A stretch of 64,000 nucleotides of DNA from an uncultured Candidatus Saccharibacteria bacterium (lineage in GTDB: Bacteria; Patescibacteriota; Minisyncoccia; Phycocordibacterales; PALSA-1337). The notes beneath the pieces were generated by a model that was not told where the DNA came from, did not search any database, and was given only the letters and a program-made list of their open reading frames with translations. Positions 26,797-36,165 of the stretch are shown here, in pieces. How positions within the stretch are numbered: the stretch's first letter is position 1; each line of letters opens with the position of its first letter. The translations under genes and the position numbers were made by a program. The DNA lies in assembly GCA_964565685.1 (NCBI GenBank), contig CAZMFR010000004.1:5077-69076 (forward strand). The letters are read 5' to 3'.

Positions 26797-29307
26797 TTAC
26801 TCCTTCCCCCAATTCTTGCCGATATGAACGCCGACTGCGAGCGGCACGCCTTTTGTTTCATCGAGAGAGACGACTGTTTCCATTATTTTCTGGATTTCTG
26901 GCACTACTTTATCCAAAACCTTATCGGCGATTTCAAGCACAAGCTCATCATGCACCTGCAGGAGCAGATAGACCGATGTTTCCAACTTTTCCTTTTTTAT
27001 ATATTCAAAAATTTTTACCATAGCCAGTTTTACTATATCGGCCTCTGTGCCTTGGATCGGCGCATTGATGGCCATGCGCTCGGCCGAGGCGCGGATGAAT
27101 GGCACAGGCGAAGCGATGTCGCCGAAATATCGGCGGCGGCCAAAGAGGGTCTCCGTGTAACCCTTCCTTTTGGCCTCTGCTTTGACTGAATCGAGATAGC
27201 GCGCCAGACCGCTGAATGCTTGGAAATAGTGATTATAGAACTCCTGCGCTTCTGGTCGAGTGCCGCCTAGATTCGCGCGCAGAGCATTGACGCCCATGCC
27301 ATACATGACACCAAAATTGATCACTTTGGCCTTGCGGCGCATGTCGGGCGTGACTTCATCGGCCGATACGCCAAAGACTTTCGCGGCAACTTCTCTGTGC
27401 ACGTCTCGTCCCCCTTTAAATATTTTCATGAATTCCTCGTCGCCAGCCAAGAAGGCGGCGATGCGCAATTCAATCTGCGAATAGTCGAGAGAAACCAGCG
27501 AAAATCCTTTTTCTGCTATGAAAGCATCGCGGATGCGGCGGCCTTCTTCTGTTTGAATCGGGATATTTTGCAGATTTGGATTGTTCGAAGACATGCGGCC
27601 AGTGGTAGTGCCTGTTTGATCGAATGTGGCATGCAAACGATCGTTCTTATCGAGTAAAGGAGGAATGGCATCGATATAAGTGCCGACGAGCTTTGCTAAT
27701 TGACGATAATCCATAATTTTTTTGACAATGGCATGCTCGGAAAGCTTTAAAAGCTCGCTTTCTTTTGTCGAACGCGCGCCGCCTGCGGTTTTCTTCATCC
27801 TCGGTGCAGTCAATTGCAGCTTGTCAAAGAGGATTTCGCCGAGCTGTTTCGGAGAATTGATGTTGAATTCCTGACCAGCAAGCTTGTAAATAGATTTCTC
27901 GAGATCTTTTATCTTGCCATTATATTCGCTCGACAATTTTTCGAGATAAGCGCGATCTACTTTTATGCCGCGTTCCTTCATGGCGTCAAGGACTGGAATA
28001 AGGGGAAGCTCGATCTCGTCGTAGACGCGAGAGAGCCCGCGGCTCTTTATTTCTTCGAGAACGGCCTTTTTAGCGTCATCCCAATCTTTTGCGTTCGTTA
28101 TCGAAAGAACGTCTGCATAGGTCGGACCTGTGTAATTCGAATCAAGGAGCCACGCACCGACGGCGATAGGGCGAAGTTCGGAAGGAGGAATACTTGAGGA
28201 AAGGGTAGGAGAAACATCCTGCTTGGAGTCGGACTCTTGTGTCCTCTGGTCGCGTCGTCGCTTGCCAATTACGCGCTCCCCCTCGACCTCTTCTTGGTCC
28301 AAGGCATGATTCTGCTGAATCGCCTCCGAGAGGCCATCGGACGCCAAGAGCCCTTCCCCTTTACCTTCCACCACTGCTTTCACCCTCGCACCGAGATTTC
28401 TGAACTCGAGCTCTTTGAACAGAGCATCGATCTTTGAAAAGTCAAAATCTTCGCGCCATTTTTTGGCTGGCAAATTAAAGTCGATCGGTGCATCGCGACG
28501 AATCGTTGCCAACATTTTTGAGAATATGGCTTCCTCCTTGCCGTTTTTTAAAAGCTCGATGATGCGCGGCTTAATTCCTGCTTCTAACAACTTTTCCTCT
28601 CCAATTTTTCCTTTTCCTTTTTCCAAAACCTTGTAGATATCTTCGATCGACCCGAAATTCGTCATGAGGTCGGTCGCTGTTTTCTCGCCAATACCTTCAA
28701 TGCCTATGATGTTGTCGGATGGATCGCCGCGGAGACCTTTATAATCTGGAATGAGCTTTGGTCCAAAGCCAAATCGCTCCATCACCGCTTTTTCGTTGTA
28801 AATGATCGTATCCTTGATTCCTTTTTTTAAAGTATAGACGCGCACATGATCGCCATCGATGAGCTGCATGGTGTCCATGTCGCCAGATGCGATGATGACG
28901 TCTGTCTGTATCTTTTTCTTTTCGACTTGCTCGACGATCGTGCCAAGGATGTCGTCCGCCTCGAAGCTTGGCACGCTGTATTCTGGTATATTGAAAGCGG
29001 CGATGAGCTCATGCGAGCGTTTGATCTGCGCAACTAGCTCCGGCGCAGTCTTTGGTCGACCAGCTTTGTATGCCTTGTACGCCTCGTGGCGATATGTCGG
29101 CTGGGGCAAGTCATACGCCGCAACGATATAATCTGGCTTTAATTCCTTGACAATTCCAAGTAACATAAGACAAAGCCCATACAGCCCGCCCGTCGGCTCC
29201 CCCTTTGACGAGGCAAAATCAGGTATAGCATGATAAGCACGATGCAAAATGGCGTGGGTATCGAGGAGGACGAGGGTGGGGTTTTTGCTTGCTTGCTTTC
29301 CTTTCAT
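26797..29307 (-). CDS. polA: DNA polymerase I with degenerate 3'-5' exonuclease region
   Basis: 5'-3' exonuclease motifs EADD and GDPSDNI; polymerase motifs DYSQIELR, KVINFGVMYG, QVHDEL. Confidence 0.97.
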   Translation of the reverse strand: MKGKQASKNPTLVLLDTHAILHRAYHAIPDFASSKGEPTGGLYGLCLMLLGIVKELKPDYIVAAYDLPQPTYRHEAYKAYKAGRPKTAPELVAQIKRSHELIAAFNIPEYSVPSFEADDILGTIVEQVEKKKIQTDVIIASGDMDTMQLIDGDHVRVYTLKKGIKDTIIYNEKAVMERFGFGPKLIPDYKGLRGDPSDNIIGIEGIGEKTATDLMTNFGSIEDIYKVLEKGKGKIGEEKLLEAGIKPRIIELLKNGKEEAIFSKMLATIRRDAPIDFNLPAKKWREDFDFSKIDALFKELEFRNLGARVKAVVEGKGEGLLASDGLSEAIQQNHALDQEEVEGERVIGKRRRDQRTQESDSKQDVSPTLSSSIPPSELRPIAVGAWLLDSNYTGPTYADVLSITNAKDWDDAKKAVLEEIKSRGLSRVYDEIELPLIPVLDAMKERGIKVDRAYLEKLSSEYNGKIKDLEKSIYKLAGQEFNINSPKQLGEILFDKLQLTAPRMKKTAGGARSTKESELLKLSEHAIVKKIMDYRQLAKLVGTYIDAIPPLLDKNDRLHATFDQTGTTTGRMSSNNPNLQNIPIQTEEGRRIRDAFIAEKGFSLVSLDYSQIELRIAAFLAGDEEFMKIFKGGRDVHREVAAKVFGVSADEVTPDMRRKAKVINFGVMYGMGVNALRANLGGTRPEAQEFYNHYFQAFSGLARYLDSVKAEAKRKGYTETLFGRRRYFGDIASPVPFIRASAERMAINAPIQGTEADIVKLAMVKIFEYIKKEKLETSVYLLLQVHDELVLEIADKVLDKVVPEIQKIMETVVSLDETKGVPLAVGVHIGKNWGKE

Positions 29308-29345
29308 ATATTCATTGTATCAAGAAAGATAAAGTAAGCATCCTT

Positions 29346-29837
29346 TTAAAAAGTTTGCACAATATCGTCATTTGTATTCATGAGTTTGTCTGGTCCGGCA
29401 CTTCTCAATTCAAAACCTCCGTTGCTATTTGGTGCATAGGACAGATTTGTCCCCCAAGGATCAGTCGTATAAAACATGTTTGCTTGAGATGGGGTGCCTA
29501 AATCAGCAAAGCTTGTCGGTAATTTTCCATGCTCATTTCTATACAAAGAAATTTGTCCGGCATCAGTAGTGATAATTTGTGAAGCAAGTTTCACTCTTAA
29601 ATCTGAAAATACTCCTGTATTCGCCACAAACCCAAAATAATACAATCCGCCATACAGAACGAAAGTGACAAGGATACCCAAGATTCCAAGAATTATTTGA
29701 CCTTTAGTATTTTTGACTATACCAATAATGACTGCAATTATCCCAAACAGAACACCAATCAAAGGTATAAAAGACAAGCCACCAAAAATCCATCCAGCGA
29801 CGGAAGATTTTCTTGGTACAGAGTTACTATTTTCCAT
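29346..29837 (-). CDS. DUF4190-like membrane protein with GspG-like C-terminus
   Basis: two TM helices then DPWG...LRSAGPD...DDI; AT-richer than the flanks. Confidence 0.7.
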   Translation of the reverse strand: MENSNSVPRKSSVAGWIFGGLSFIPLIGVLFGIIAVIIGIVKNTKGQIILGILGILVTFVLYGGLYYFGFVANTGVFSDLRVKLASQIITTDAGQISLYRNEHGKLPTSFADLGTPSQANMFYTTDPWGTNLSYAPNSNGGFELRSAGPDKLMNTNDDIVQTF

Positions 29838-29894
29838 GAGTTATTTTTAATAAGTAATAAAATGACGAAATCACTATAACACAGAAAATATTGT

Positions 29895-30341
29895 TTATTC
29901 AAACTCATATTCTCTCTCCGTCTCGCTCACGAATTCGCATTTAACGGTAAGCGCGCCTTCCGGCAGGATTTCTTTCACATTTTCCGGCCATTCGATCAAT
30001 ATCAGATTATTGGGATCCATGACAAGCTCTTCAAAATTCAAAACTTCGAGCTCGCGCGCTGATTCGAGACGATATGCGTCGATATGGATGAGTCGATCCC
30101 ACCCAGACCCAGAGGTCGGACCTCTGGAATAAATCTTCTCTATGACAAACGTCGGACTCGTCACCGACTCTGTTATGCCAAGTGCCGCCGCAACTGCTTT
30201 CACAAAAGCCGTCTTGCCGGATCCGAGATCGCCAGAAAGTCCGACAACTAGAGCTTCGCTATCTTTTTTTTCTATCGAGCCAAGCCACTCGCGCGCGATT
30301 CGTGACGTATCGTCAAGAGATTTTGATAAGATTTTCTCCAT
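29895..30341 (-). CDS. tsaE: tRNA threonylcarbamoyladenosine biosynthesis ATPase
   Basis: GDLGSGKT, VTSPTF, HIDAYRL, IEWP. Confidence 0.95.
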   Translation of the reverse strand: MEKILSKSLDDTSRIAREWLGSIEKKDSEALVVGLSGDLGSGKTAFVKAVAAALGITESVTSPTFVIEKIYSRGPTSGSGWDRLIHIDAYRLESARELEVLNFEELVMDPNNLILIEWPENVKEILPEGALTVKCEFVSETEREYEFE

Positions 30342-30354
30342 GGAAAGACTATAG

Positions 30355-30400
30355 TACAAGGGTAGCCCTTGGACAAGTCATACAAGGGTAGCCCTTGGAC
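30355..30400. repeat. tandem pair of 20-bp palindromic repeats between divergent tsaE and pilB-like genes
   Basis: TACAAGGGTAGCCCTTGGAC at 30355 and 30381; related AGTACAAGGTGCTACCTTGTACT at 48660. Confidence 0.85.
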
Positions 30401-30425
30401 TAAAAAGTACGCTATAATTATGGCA

Positions 30426-32096
30426 ATGATCCAATTCGACGAGGACAAGCAGAAACAAAAGATCGAGCACCTTTTGCGCAAAGAGGAGGAGGAACTCGTG
30501 CAAGCCTTGTCCGATAAAAACAACCTGCCTTATGTCGATTTGTCTTCTGTCGCCATTAACACAGACGCCCTGCGATATATCGACGAAAAAGATGCTCGTG
30601 AAGCAAAGACAGCCGCGTTCGCAATAGTGAATAAAAAGCTGAGCATCGCCGTACGCGATCCTTCCCTGCCGAAACTTGTCGAGGTTCTCGAGAATCTGAA
30701 AAGCAAAGGCCTAGAACCAGATCTTTTTATGTCTTCAACCGCTAGCTTGGAAAAAGCGTGGGCGTTGTACAAAGAGCTCTCTTTCGCGTCAGAAACAAAG
30801 TCTGGCTCTCTCGAAATATCCAGCAATGAGATCGAGGAGATCGTCAAAGAAGCAAAAGACTTGGCAACAGTAGTATCCATATTAGCCAACACAGTCTCTT
30901 TGAAGAAGAGCTATCGCGTGTCCAGAATATTGGAAACGTCCATCGCTGGCGCTCTGGCCGTTGGAGCTTCAGACATACACATCGAGCCAGAGGAAACCTA
31001 TGTCCGCTTGCGATATCGTCTAGACGGCGTCCTATCTGAAATAATAAGATTCGACGCCGATACGTACAATCTTCTCTTGTCCCGCATCAAATTGCTGTCC
31101 GGGATGAAATTGAATTTAAAAAAGCAGGGTCAAGACGGTCGATTCAGCATTCATGTAAATAATTCTGATATCGAGATGCGTGTATCCGTTCTGCCTGGCG
31201 CGTATAACGAATCGATCGTCATGCGTATCCTTGACCCAAAAAGCATTTCGGTGCCATTGGAAAGCTTGGGCATCCCGCCAAAGCTGTTGGCTCTATTGCT
31301 AAAAGAGATCGACAAACCGAACGGTATGATTCTAACTACAGGTCCGACTGGCTCTGGCAAGACTACTACCCTATATGCTTTTTTAAAGAAATCATATAAT
31401 CCGGGAGTCAAGATAATCACCATCGAAGATCCTGTAGAATATCATTTGCCAGGCATCACTCAAACCCAGGTAAACGACAAGGGCTATACTTTCCTCGAGG
31501 GATTGCGTGCGGCTGTCCGTCAGGATCCGGATATAATCATGGTCGGTGAGATTCGCGACGATGAAACAGCCGATATTGCCATCAATTCAGCATTGACCGG
31601 CCACCTGGTCTTCTCGACTTTGCACACAAATTCTGCGGCCGGGGCATTCCCTCGCCTCATCGATCTCCATGTAAATCCAAAAGTCATCACTTCTGCCCTG
31701 ACTATCAGCATGGCCCAGCGCCTTCTGCGTCGTTTGTGCCCTTTTTGCAAGAAAGAGACCATTATCGAAGGCGAAACAAAAAAAGAGATCGATCAGGTCA
31801 TCGCCGCCATAGAAGATACTAGCCAAATACCAGAAAATAGGACAAAGATGTGGGTCGCCGGCGGTTGCGCAAAATGCAACAATACCGGTTACAAAGGTCG
31901 CATCGGCATTTATGAAGCAATAAAGATAGACGAAAAGATAGAAAATGCTGTCGAGGCAAATCCTAGCGAGCGAGAGATCATCGCCGCGGCAAAGGGTCAA
32001 GGCATTATGAATATGGAACAGGACGGCGTTGTTAAAATCTTGCAAGGGGTCACAGATTTGGATGAATTAAAGAGGGTGGTCGAAGTGGAAGAATGA
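30426..32096 (+). CDS. GspE/PilB-family pilus assembly ATPase
   Basis: ASDIHIEP, QDGRF, GPTGSGKTT, EDPVEY, RQDPDIIMVGEIRD, STLHTN, tetracysteine motif. Confidence 0.95.
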   Translation: MIQFDEDKQKQKIEHLLRKEEEELVQALSDKNNLPYVDLSSVAINTDALRYIDEKDAREAKTAAFAIVNKKLSIAVRDPSLPKLVEVLENLKSKGLEPDLFMSSTASLEKAWALYKELSFASETKSGSLEISSNEIEEIVKEAKDLATVVSILANTVSLKKSYRVSRILETSIAGALAVGASDIHIEPEETYVRLRYRLDGVLSEIIRFDADTYNLLLSRIKLLSGMKLNLKKQGQDGRFSIHVNNSDIEMRVSVLPGAYNESIVMRILDPKSISVPLESLGIPPKLLALLLKEIDKPNGMILTTGPTGSGKTTTLYAFLKKSYNPGVKIITIEDPVEYHLPGITQTQVNDKGYTFLEGLRAAVRQDPDIIMVGEIRDDETADIAINSALTGHLVFSTLHTNSAAGAFPRLIDLHVNPKVITSALTISMAQRLLRRLCPFCKKETIIEGETKKEIDQVIAAIEDTSQIPENRTKMWVAGGCAKCNNTGYKGRIGIYEAIKIDEKIENAVEANPSEREIIAAAKGQGIMNMEQDGVVKILQGVTDLDELKRVVEVEE

Positions 32097-32192
32097 CTAT
32101 TTATAGAATTAATTATCACTTATGAACCAGTATTCATATCGTGTCAATTGCAATTTAAAATCGGAGTAGTAGTATTGGCGCAGACAGATCTA

Positions 32193-32370
32193 GGATCAAG
32201 TGCGTACATCTCTAAGCAATACTTTCAATGCGATAATCAAAAGGTCAACGTACCTTCCAGGATGGCTCCAGTACGCATTCACAAAGGAGTGCAACCAGAG
32301 CGTCCTCAAAAAAACGTCGGATAATCCGAACAAGCGGACTATATTGCTTAGAGATGCATGAACTCGATCC
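32193..32370 (-). ncRNA. candidate 6S-like structured RNA
   Basis: 29-nt terminal inverted arms (25/29), inner stems, 178 nt; extended -10 TGCTATACT at 32396-32388 on the minus strand. Confidence 0.45.
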
Positions 32371-32409
32371 AAACTTTCACTGTGGAGAGTATAGCATACA
32401 TCATTATTT

Positions 32410-33435
32410 ATGTCAAGTGACTCACCAAAAATAAACAAAAACATTAATACTGCCGACGAAAAAGACGTCCGCCATCTAGATCAAACTCTGCGACCTTCCC
32501 GATGGGAAGATTACATAGGACAAAAGTCAGTCAAGCAGAATTTGCATATACTACTAAAAGCGGCCGCGGAACGCAAGCACCCGCCAGAACATATCCTATT
32601 CTATGGCCCGCCGGGCCTAGGCAAAACAACATTGGCGCATTTAGTCGCTCATGAGAGCGGCGCACAGATGAAAGTCACTTCTGGCCCGGCTATCATGAAA
32701 GTCGGTGATTTGGCTTCTATCCTGACCAATCTTTCAAACGGCGACATTCTTTTTATAGATGAGATCCATCGTCTGAACAAAGCAATCGAAGAGATCCTCT
32801 ACCCCGCCATGGAGAGCGGTAAACTCGATATTATCATCGGCAAGGGACCTTCGGCACGAACGATCCAACTTGACCTTCCTGCTTTCACTTTAATTGCAGC
32901 CACAACGCGCTACGCAATGATTTCTTCGCCTCTGCGCTCGCGTTTTTCTGGCGGTGTCTTCAAGCTGGATTTCTATACGAACGAAGAGATATCAGAAATT
33001 ATCCGCCGATCCGCAAAGATCCTCGGCGTTGATATAGGCGGCGATGCCATAAAAACTATTGCGAGCCGAAGCCGTTTTACGCCTCGCACTGCGAATTATT
33101 TTTTAAAGAGGGTGCGAGATTATGCGCAAATCAGCAAGGTAGCTCTAGACACAAACGCCGTGGAAAAAGCGTTGGAAATGCTCGGCATCGACGAGCTCGG
33201 TCTTGGTCAAGCAGATAGAGACATATTGCGCATCATGATAGACAAATTCAACGGCGGACCGGTTGGTTTGAACACTCTGGCAGCGGCGTTATCGGAGGAA
33301 CAAGCGACAATAGAAGAGGTCTATGAGCCATATCTGCTTCAATTGGGCCTTCTCGACCGCACTTCTCGTGGACGCGTGGCAACAGAAAAAGCATGGAAGC
33401 ATTTGAATATAAAAAATGAGGGAAAATTGTTGTAA
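32410..33435 (+). CDS. ruvB: Holliday junction branch migration helicase RuvB
   Basis: LRP, GPPGLGKTT, FIDEIHRL, GGPVGL, YEPYLLQ. Confidence 0.97.
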   Translation: MSSDSPKINKNINTADEKDVRHLDQTLRPSRWEDYIGQKSVKQNLHILLKAAAERKHPPEHILFYGPPGLGKTTLAHLVAHESGAQMKVTSGPAIMKVGDLASILTNLSNGDILFIDEIHRLNKAIEEILYPAMESGKLDIIIGKGPSARTIQLDLPAFTLIAATTRYAMISSPLRSRFSGGVFKLDFYTNEEISEIIRRSAKILGVDIGGDAIKTIASRSRFTPRTANYFLKRVRDYAQISKVALDTNAVEKALEMLGIDELGLGQADRDILRIMIDKFNGGPVGLNTLAAALSEEQATIEEVYEPYLLQLGLLDRTSRGRVATEKAWKHLNIKNEGKLL

Positions 33436-33489
33436 CGGATTGCAAATGCAAAACAATTCTGCTAGCTTAAAGACAGAAAGGAGGCCTAT

Positions 33490-33741
33490 ATGCCTGTAAA
33501 CATTGAAGCCACTCTCGTTCGTTTGGAATCAAAGTATGACAAGGAAATAGCAGAGGATTGTCGGAAAAAAATTGGAAAGAGGAAAGTGCTGACAGCTGAT
33601 GAGCTGGTAAATATTATTGCGAACGTGTTGGATAAGAAACAACAAAAGCCTCGCAGTCCTCTTTCGGAGGAAAATCGGGCCATCGGACGAAATACTTCTC
33701 ATATCCATGGAAAATTTGATCCGAAGAAGCGCCGAAATTAA
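33490..33741 (+). CDS. small basic hypothetical protein (single-gene accessory unit)
   Basis: TTGCAA...TAGCTT promoter, SD GAAAGGAGG, terminator at 33758-33785. Confidence 0.65.
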   Translation: MPVNIEATLVRLESKYDKEIAEDCRKKIGKRKVLTADELVNIIANVLDKKQQKPRSPLSEENRAIGRNTSHIHGKFDPKKRRN

Positions 33742-33786
33742 GTCAAGGTTTGTCGTTAAGACCTGCATCTATGTGGGTCTTTTTTA

Positions 33787-34569
33787 TTAAACGGGGCTTT
33801 TTATTTTTGCAATTAGATCGCGAATATAACTATTCAAGTCGACCTTTTTACCATATTGTTCTGCTATGTAGAAAAGTGATTTGAACGTCTGTGACAATGC
33901 GCTGTCGTCGATACGTACGAGGCGTTCTGATTCATAATCGACAAGCAGTACGCGGTCTCTAAAAATAAATATGTCCAAGGGGAACTTGATCAGCTCGTCT
34001 GGTAAAACGTAGGCGATTGTCATTCGATCAAGGTGGCTCAAAAGCTGATCTTCGTTCATCTTTGAAAAGAGATTAAATACTGACTCAGCAATGACCCCTT
34101 CTATAATAATCTTGCGGCTACGTATCTCATTGTGGATGCGAGACATAAATCTCATGTCCATTTTTTTGAGTATGGTTTTTGAAATGCCGGCACCTTGGAT
34201 AGAATAGAACCTCTCTGTAGGCGAGAGCTCTAGGATTTTCGTCAGCTCTTTCAAGATATTTATCTTGCCAGAGACAACTAAAAAGAAACTGGCTTGGTTT
34301 GGGGTTTTTGCCGGATCGACAAACGCTGGATTATCAATCAGCTCGATATTTCTCCTATAAACCCACTCAAAATGGTTTCCGCTCCTGACACGTCTCACCA
34401 ATTTTCTTTTTTCTAGCTTCTTCAAGATGAATCCTACCGTGGTGGGCGGTAAATCAGACTCTCTGGAAATCTTGCTTATTTTATGAGCAAGTGGTTGTTG
34501 TTGAAGAACCGCCAAAACAGCGTGCTCTTTTGGCGAAAGTCCGAGGGCTTCGAGTATTATGCGTCTCAT
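33787..34569 (-). CDS. TrmB-like HTH transcriptional regulator
   Basis: LEALGLSPKE start, HTH ISKISRESDLPPTTV, C-terminal DIFIFRDRV; TTGACA-N17-TAAGAT-N6-ATG. Confidence 0.8.
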   Translation of the reverse strand: MRRIILEALGLSPKEHAVLAVLQQQPLAHKISKISRESDLPPTTVGFILKKLEKRKLVRRVRSGNHFEWVYRRNIELIDNPAFVDPAKTPNQASFFLVVSGKINILKELTKILELSPTERFYSIQGAGISKTILKKMDMRFMSRIHNEIRSRKIIIEGVIAESVFNLFSKMNEDQLLSHLDRMTIAYVLPDELIKFPLDIFIFRDRVLLVDYESERLVRIDDSALSQTFKSLFYIAEQYGKKVDLNSYIRDLIAKIKSPV

Positions 34570-34578
34570 CTTGCCATC

Positions 34579-34666
34579 TTAAAAGTCGGCAAGAATCTTG
34601 TCAACTTTTTAAGCGTCTTGTGTTGATATACCTGGGGATCCTGGCATTTGGGCAAAATCATTCGCA
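34579..34666 (+). repeat. 88-bp perfect direct repeat copy 1 (contains promoter elements)
   Basis: identical to 35003-35090. Confidence 0.95.
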
Positions 34667-34739
34667 AGCCATCTTGAAAGGCAATAATGTGTGTACAGAC
34701 AGCAAAACCAAACAAAAAATATAAAATGAAGAATGAAGG

Positions 34740-35006
34740 ATGAAAATGAACAAAATATTGATAGTTGTGACTTGTAGCGCCAATCTTCCGGACGAAAACA
34801 CAGCAAGTCGTGCACATGAGAAAGACATTGAGCAACGTCTAGAAAAATACCCGGGGTTTAAGGTGAAAAGTATGTCAACTTCATGTGAAACAGTGCAGCT
34901 TTTTGAAAGTTTTTACCACAAAACATTCGTCCCTCGTTATAGATCTGTGTTGGTATTGGAAAAACAACAGGATTCCACGCCAACCTGTGTGTCTGTGAAA
35001 AATTAA
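34740..35006 (+). CDS. small hypothetical protein between the 88-bp repeats
   Basis: 88-aa ORF, purine-rich leader; its stop codon lies in the first bases of repeat copy 2. Confidence 0.6.
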   Translation: MKMNKILIVVTCSANLPDENTASRAHEKDIEQRLEKYPGFKVKSMSTSCETVQLFESFYHKTFVPRYRSVLVLEKQQDSTPTCVSVKN

Positions 35007-35090
35007 AAGTCGGCAAGAATCTTGTCAACTTTTTAAGCGTCTTGTGTTGATATACCTGGGGATCCTGGCATTTGGGCAAAATCATTCGCA
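35003..35090 (+). repeat. 88-bp perfect direct repeat copy 2
   Basis: identical to 34579-34666. Confidence 0.95.
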
Positions 35091-35159
35091 CATCTTATTT
35101 TAAAAGGTGAATATGAATAATAAGGATAGTTGTTTAACAAACAAAAGAAAGGTGATGTT

Positions 35160-35375
35160 ATGGGTAGACCATATGTTTGGAGAAAAAATGAGTGGGGAGA
35201 GAACGAAAAAAAGTATTTAGATGAGGCCCATCCATCATTAGGAATGCCAGATTGTGATATGGGGGGTATATCAGATGATCCGTGGGGTTCACATGTCGCC
35301 TGGCAGCAAAGACATCATATATTTATAAAGGATGTCCAGTATGAGGATGAATCAAATCCTTATAGCCGTCTTTAA
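35160..35375 (+). CDS. small hypothetical protein downstream of repeat copy 2
   Basis: SD GAAAGGTGA before ATG; hairpin GCGTTCC...GGAGCGC plus T run after the stop. Confidence 0.55.
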   Translation: MGRPYVWRKNEWGENEKKYLDEAHPSLGMPDCDMGGISDDPWGSHVAWQQRHHIFIKDVQYEDESNPYSRL

Positions 35376-35448
35376 AGTATGAGCCCGGCGTTCCCAAAAA
35401 GGAGCGCTGTTTTATTTACAAAGACATTTTTCGGAGTATAATACCAAC

Positions 35449-35979
35449 ATGTCCGGACATAATAAATTCTCAAAAATAAAGCACTTGAAGGCAAAGACCG
35501 ACGCGCAAAAGAGCAAGGTTTTTTCAAAGATGGTCAAGCTAGTGACAACAGAGGTGAAAAAGGCCAAGGGCATTTTGACTTCCCCTGGTGTGATCGCAGC
35601 CATCGAACGCGCTCGCAAGGAGAACGTGCCAAACGACACGATTGATCGTGCAATTAAAAAAGCCACCACAGACAATGGTGCCGAGATGGAAAATATAGTC
35701 TATGAGGCCTATGGTCCTGGTGGCATAGCCATTATGATCAATATACTGACTGACAATCGAAACAAGGCCGCACAGGAGATAAAGCATATCCTGTCGAGCA
35801 ATGGCACTACCCTGGCCGCTCCAGGGTCCGCTAGCTGGGCTTTTACAAAGACTCACGATGGTTGGCAAGCCAATAGCACCATGCCGCTCGAAGATGCCGA
35901 TATCGAAAAACTAGAGAAGCTCGTTGAAGATCTCGAGGCAAACGACGATGTGCAGGACGTATTCACGAACGCGGAATAG
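35449..35979 (+). CDS. YebC/PmpR-family protein (short form)
   Basis: MSGHNKFSKIKH, YEAYGPGG, TDNRN, DDVQDVFTN. Confidence 0.93.
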   Translation: MSGHNKFSKIKHLKAKTDAQKSKVFSKMVKLVTTEVKKAKGILTSPGVIAAIERARKENVPNDTIDRAIKKATTDNGAEMENIVYEAYGPGGIAIMINILTDNRNKAAQEIKHILSSNGTTLAAPGSASWAFTKTHDGWQANSTMPLEDADIEKLEKLVEDLEANDDVQDVFTNAE

Positions 35980-36165
35980 TTGAACATACCAACGAAAAAG
36001 CATATAGTTCATATGTTCCTTGTGTACTGGCCCGGTCTTGGAACGGACAGAAATAGGGCTATATCTGTGCTAGGCGTCCTATGTACAGAAATAAACGTAT
36101 GGACGCAAATAAACCCGACCCCAGGAACGTAATGTTTCTGGGGTTGTTTCTGTTATAATCACATT

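Noticed and set aside
34579-35090. 88-bp repeats as a DGR template/variable pair
   Set aside because: The copies are identical with no adenine-specific mismatches, are essentially non-coding, and no reverse transcriptase is present
34566-35091. Minus-strand ORFs sharing MILPKCQDPQVYQHK
   Set aside because: A by-product of the duplicated promoter DNA; no initiation signals
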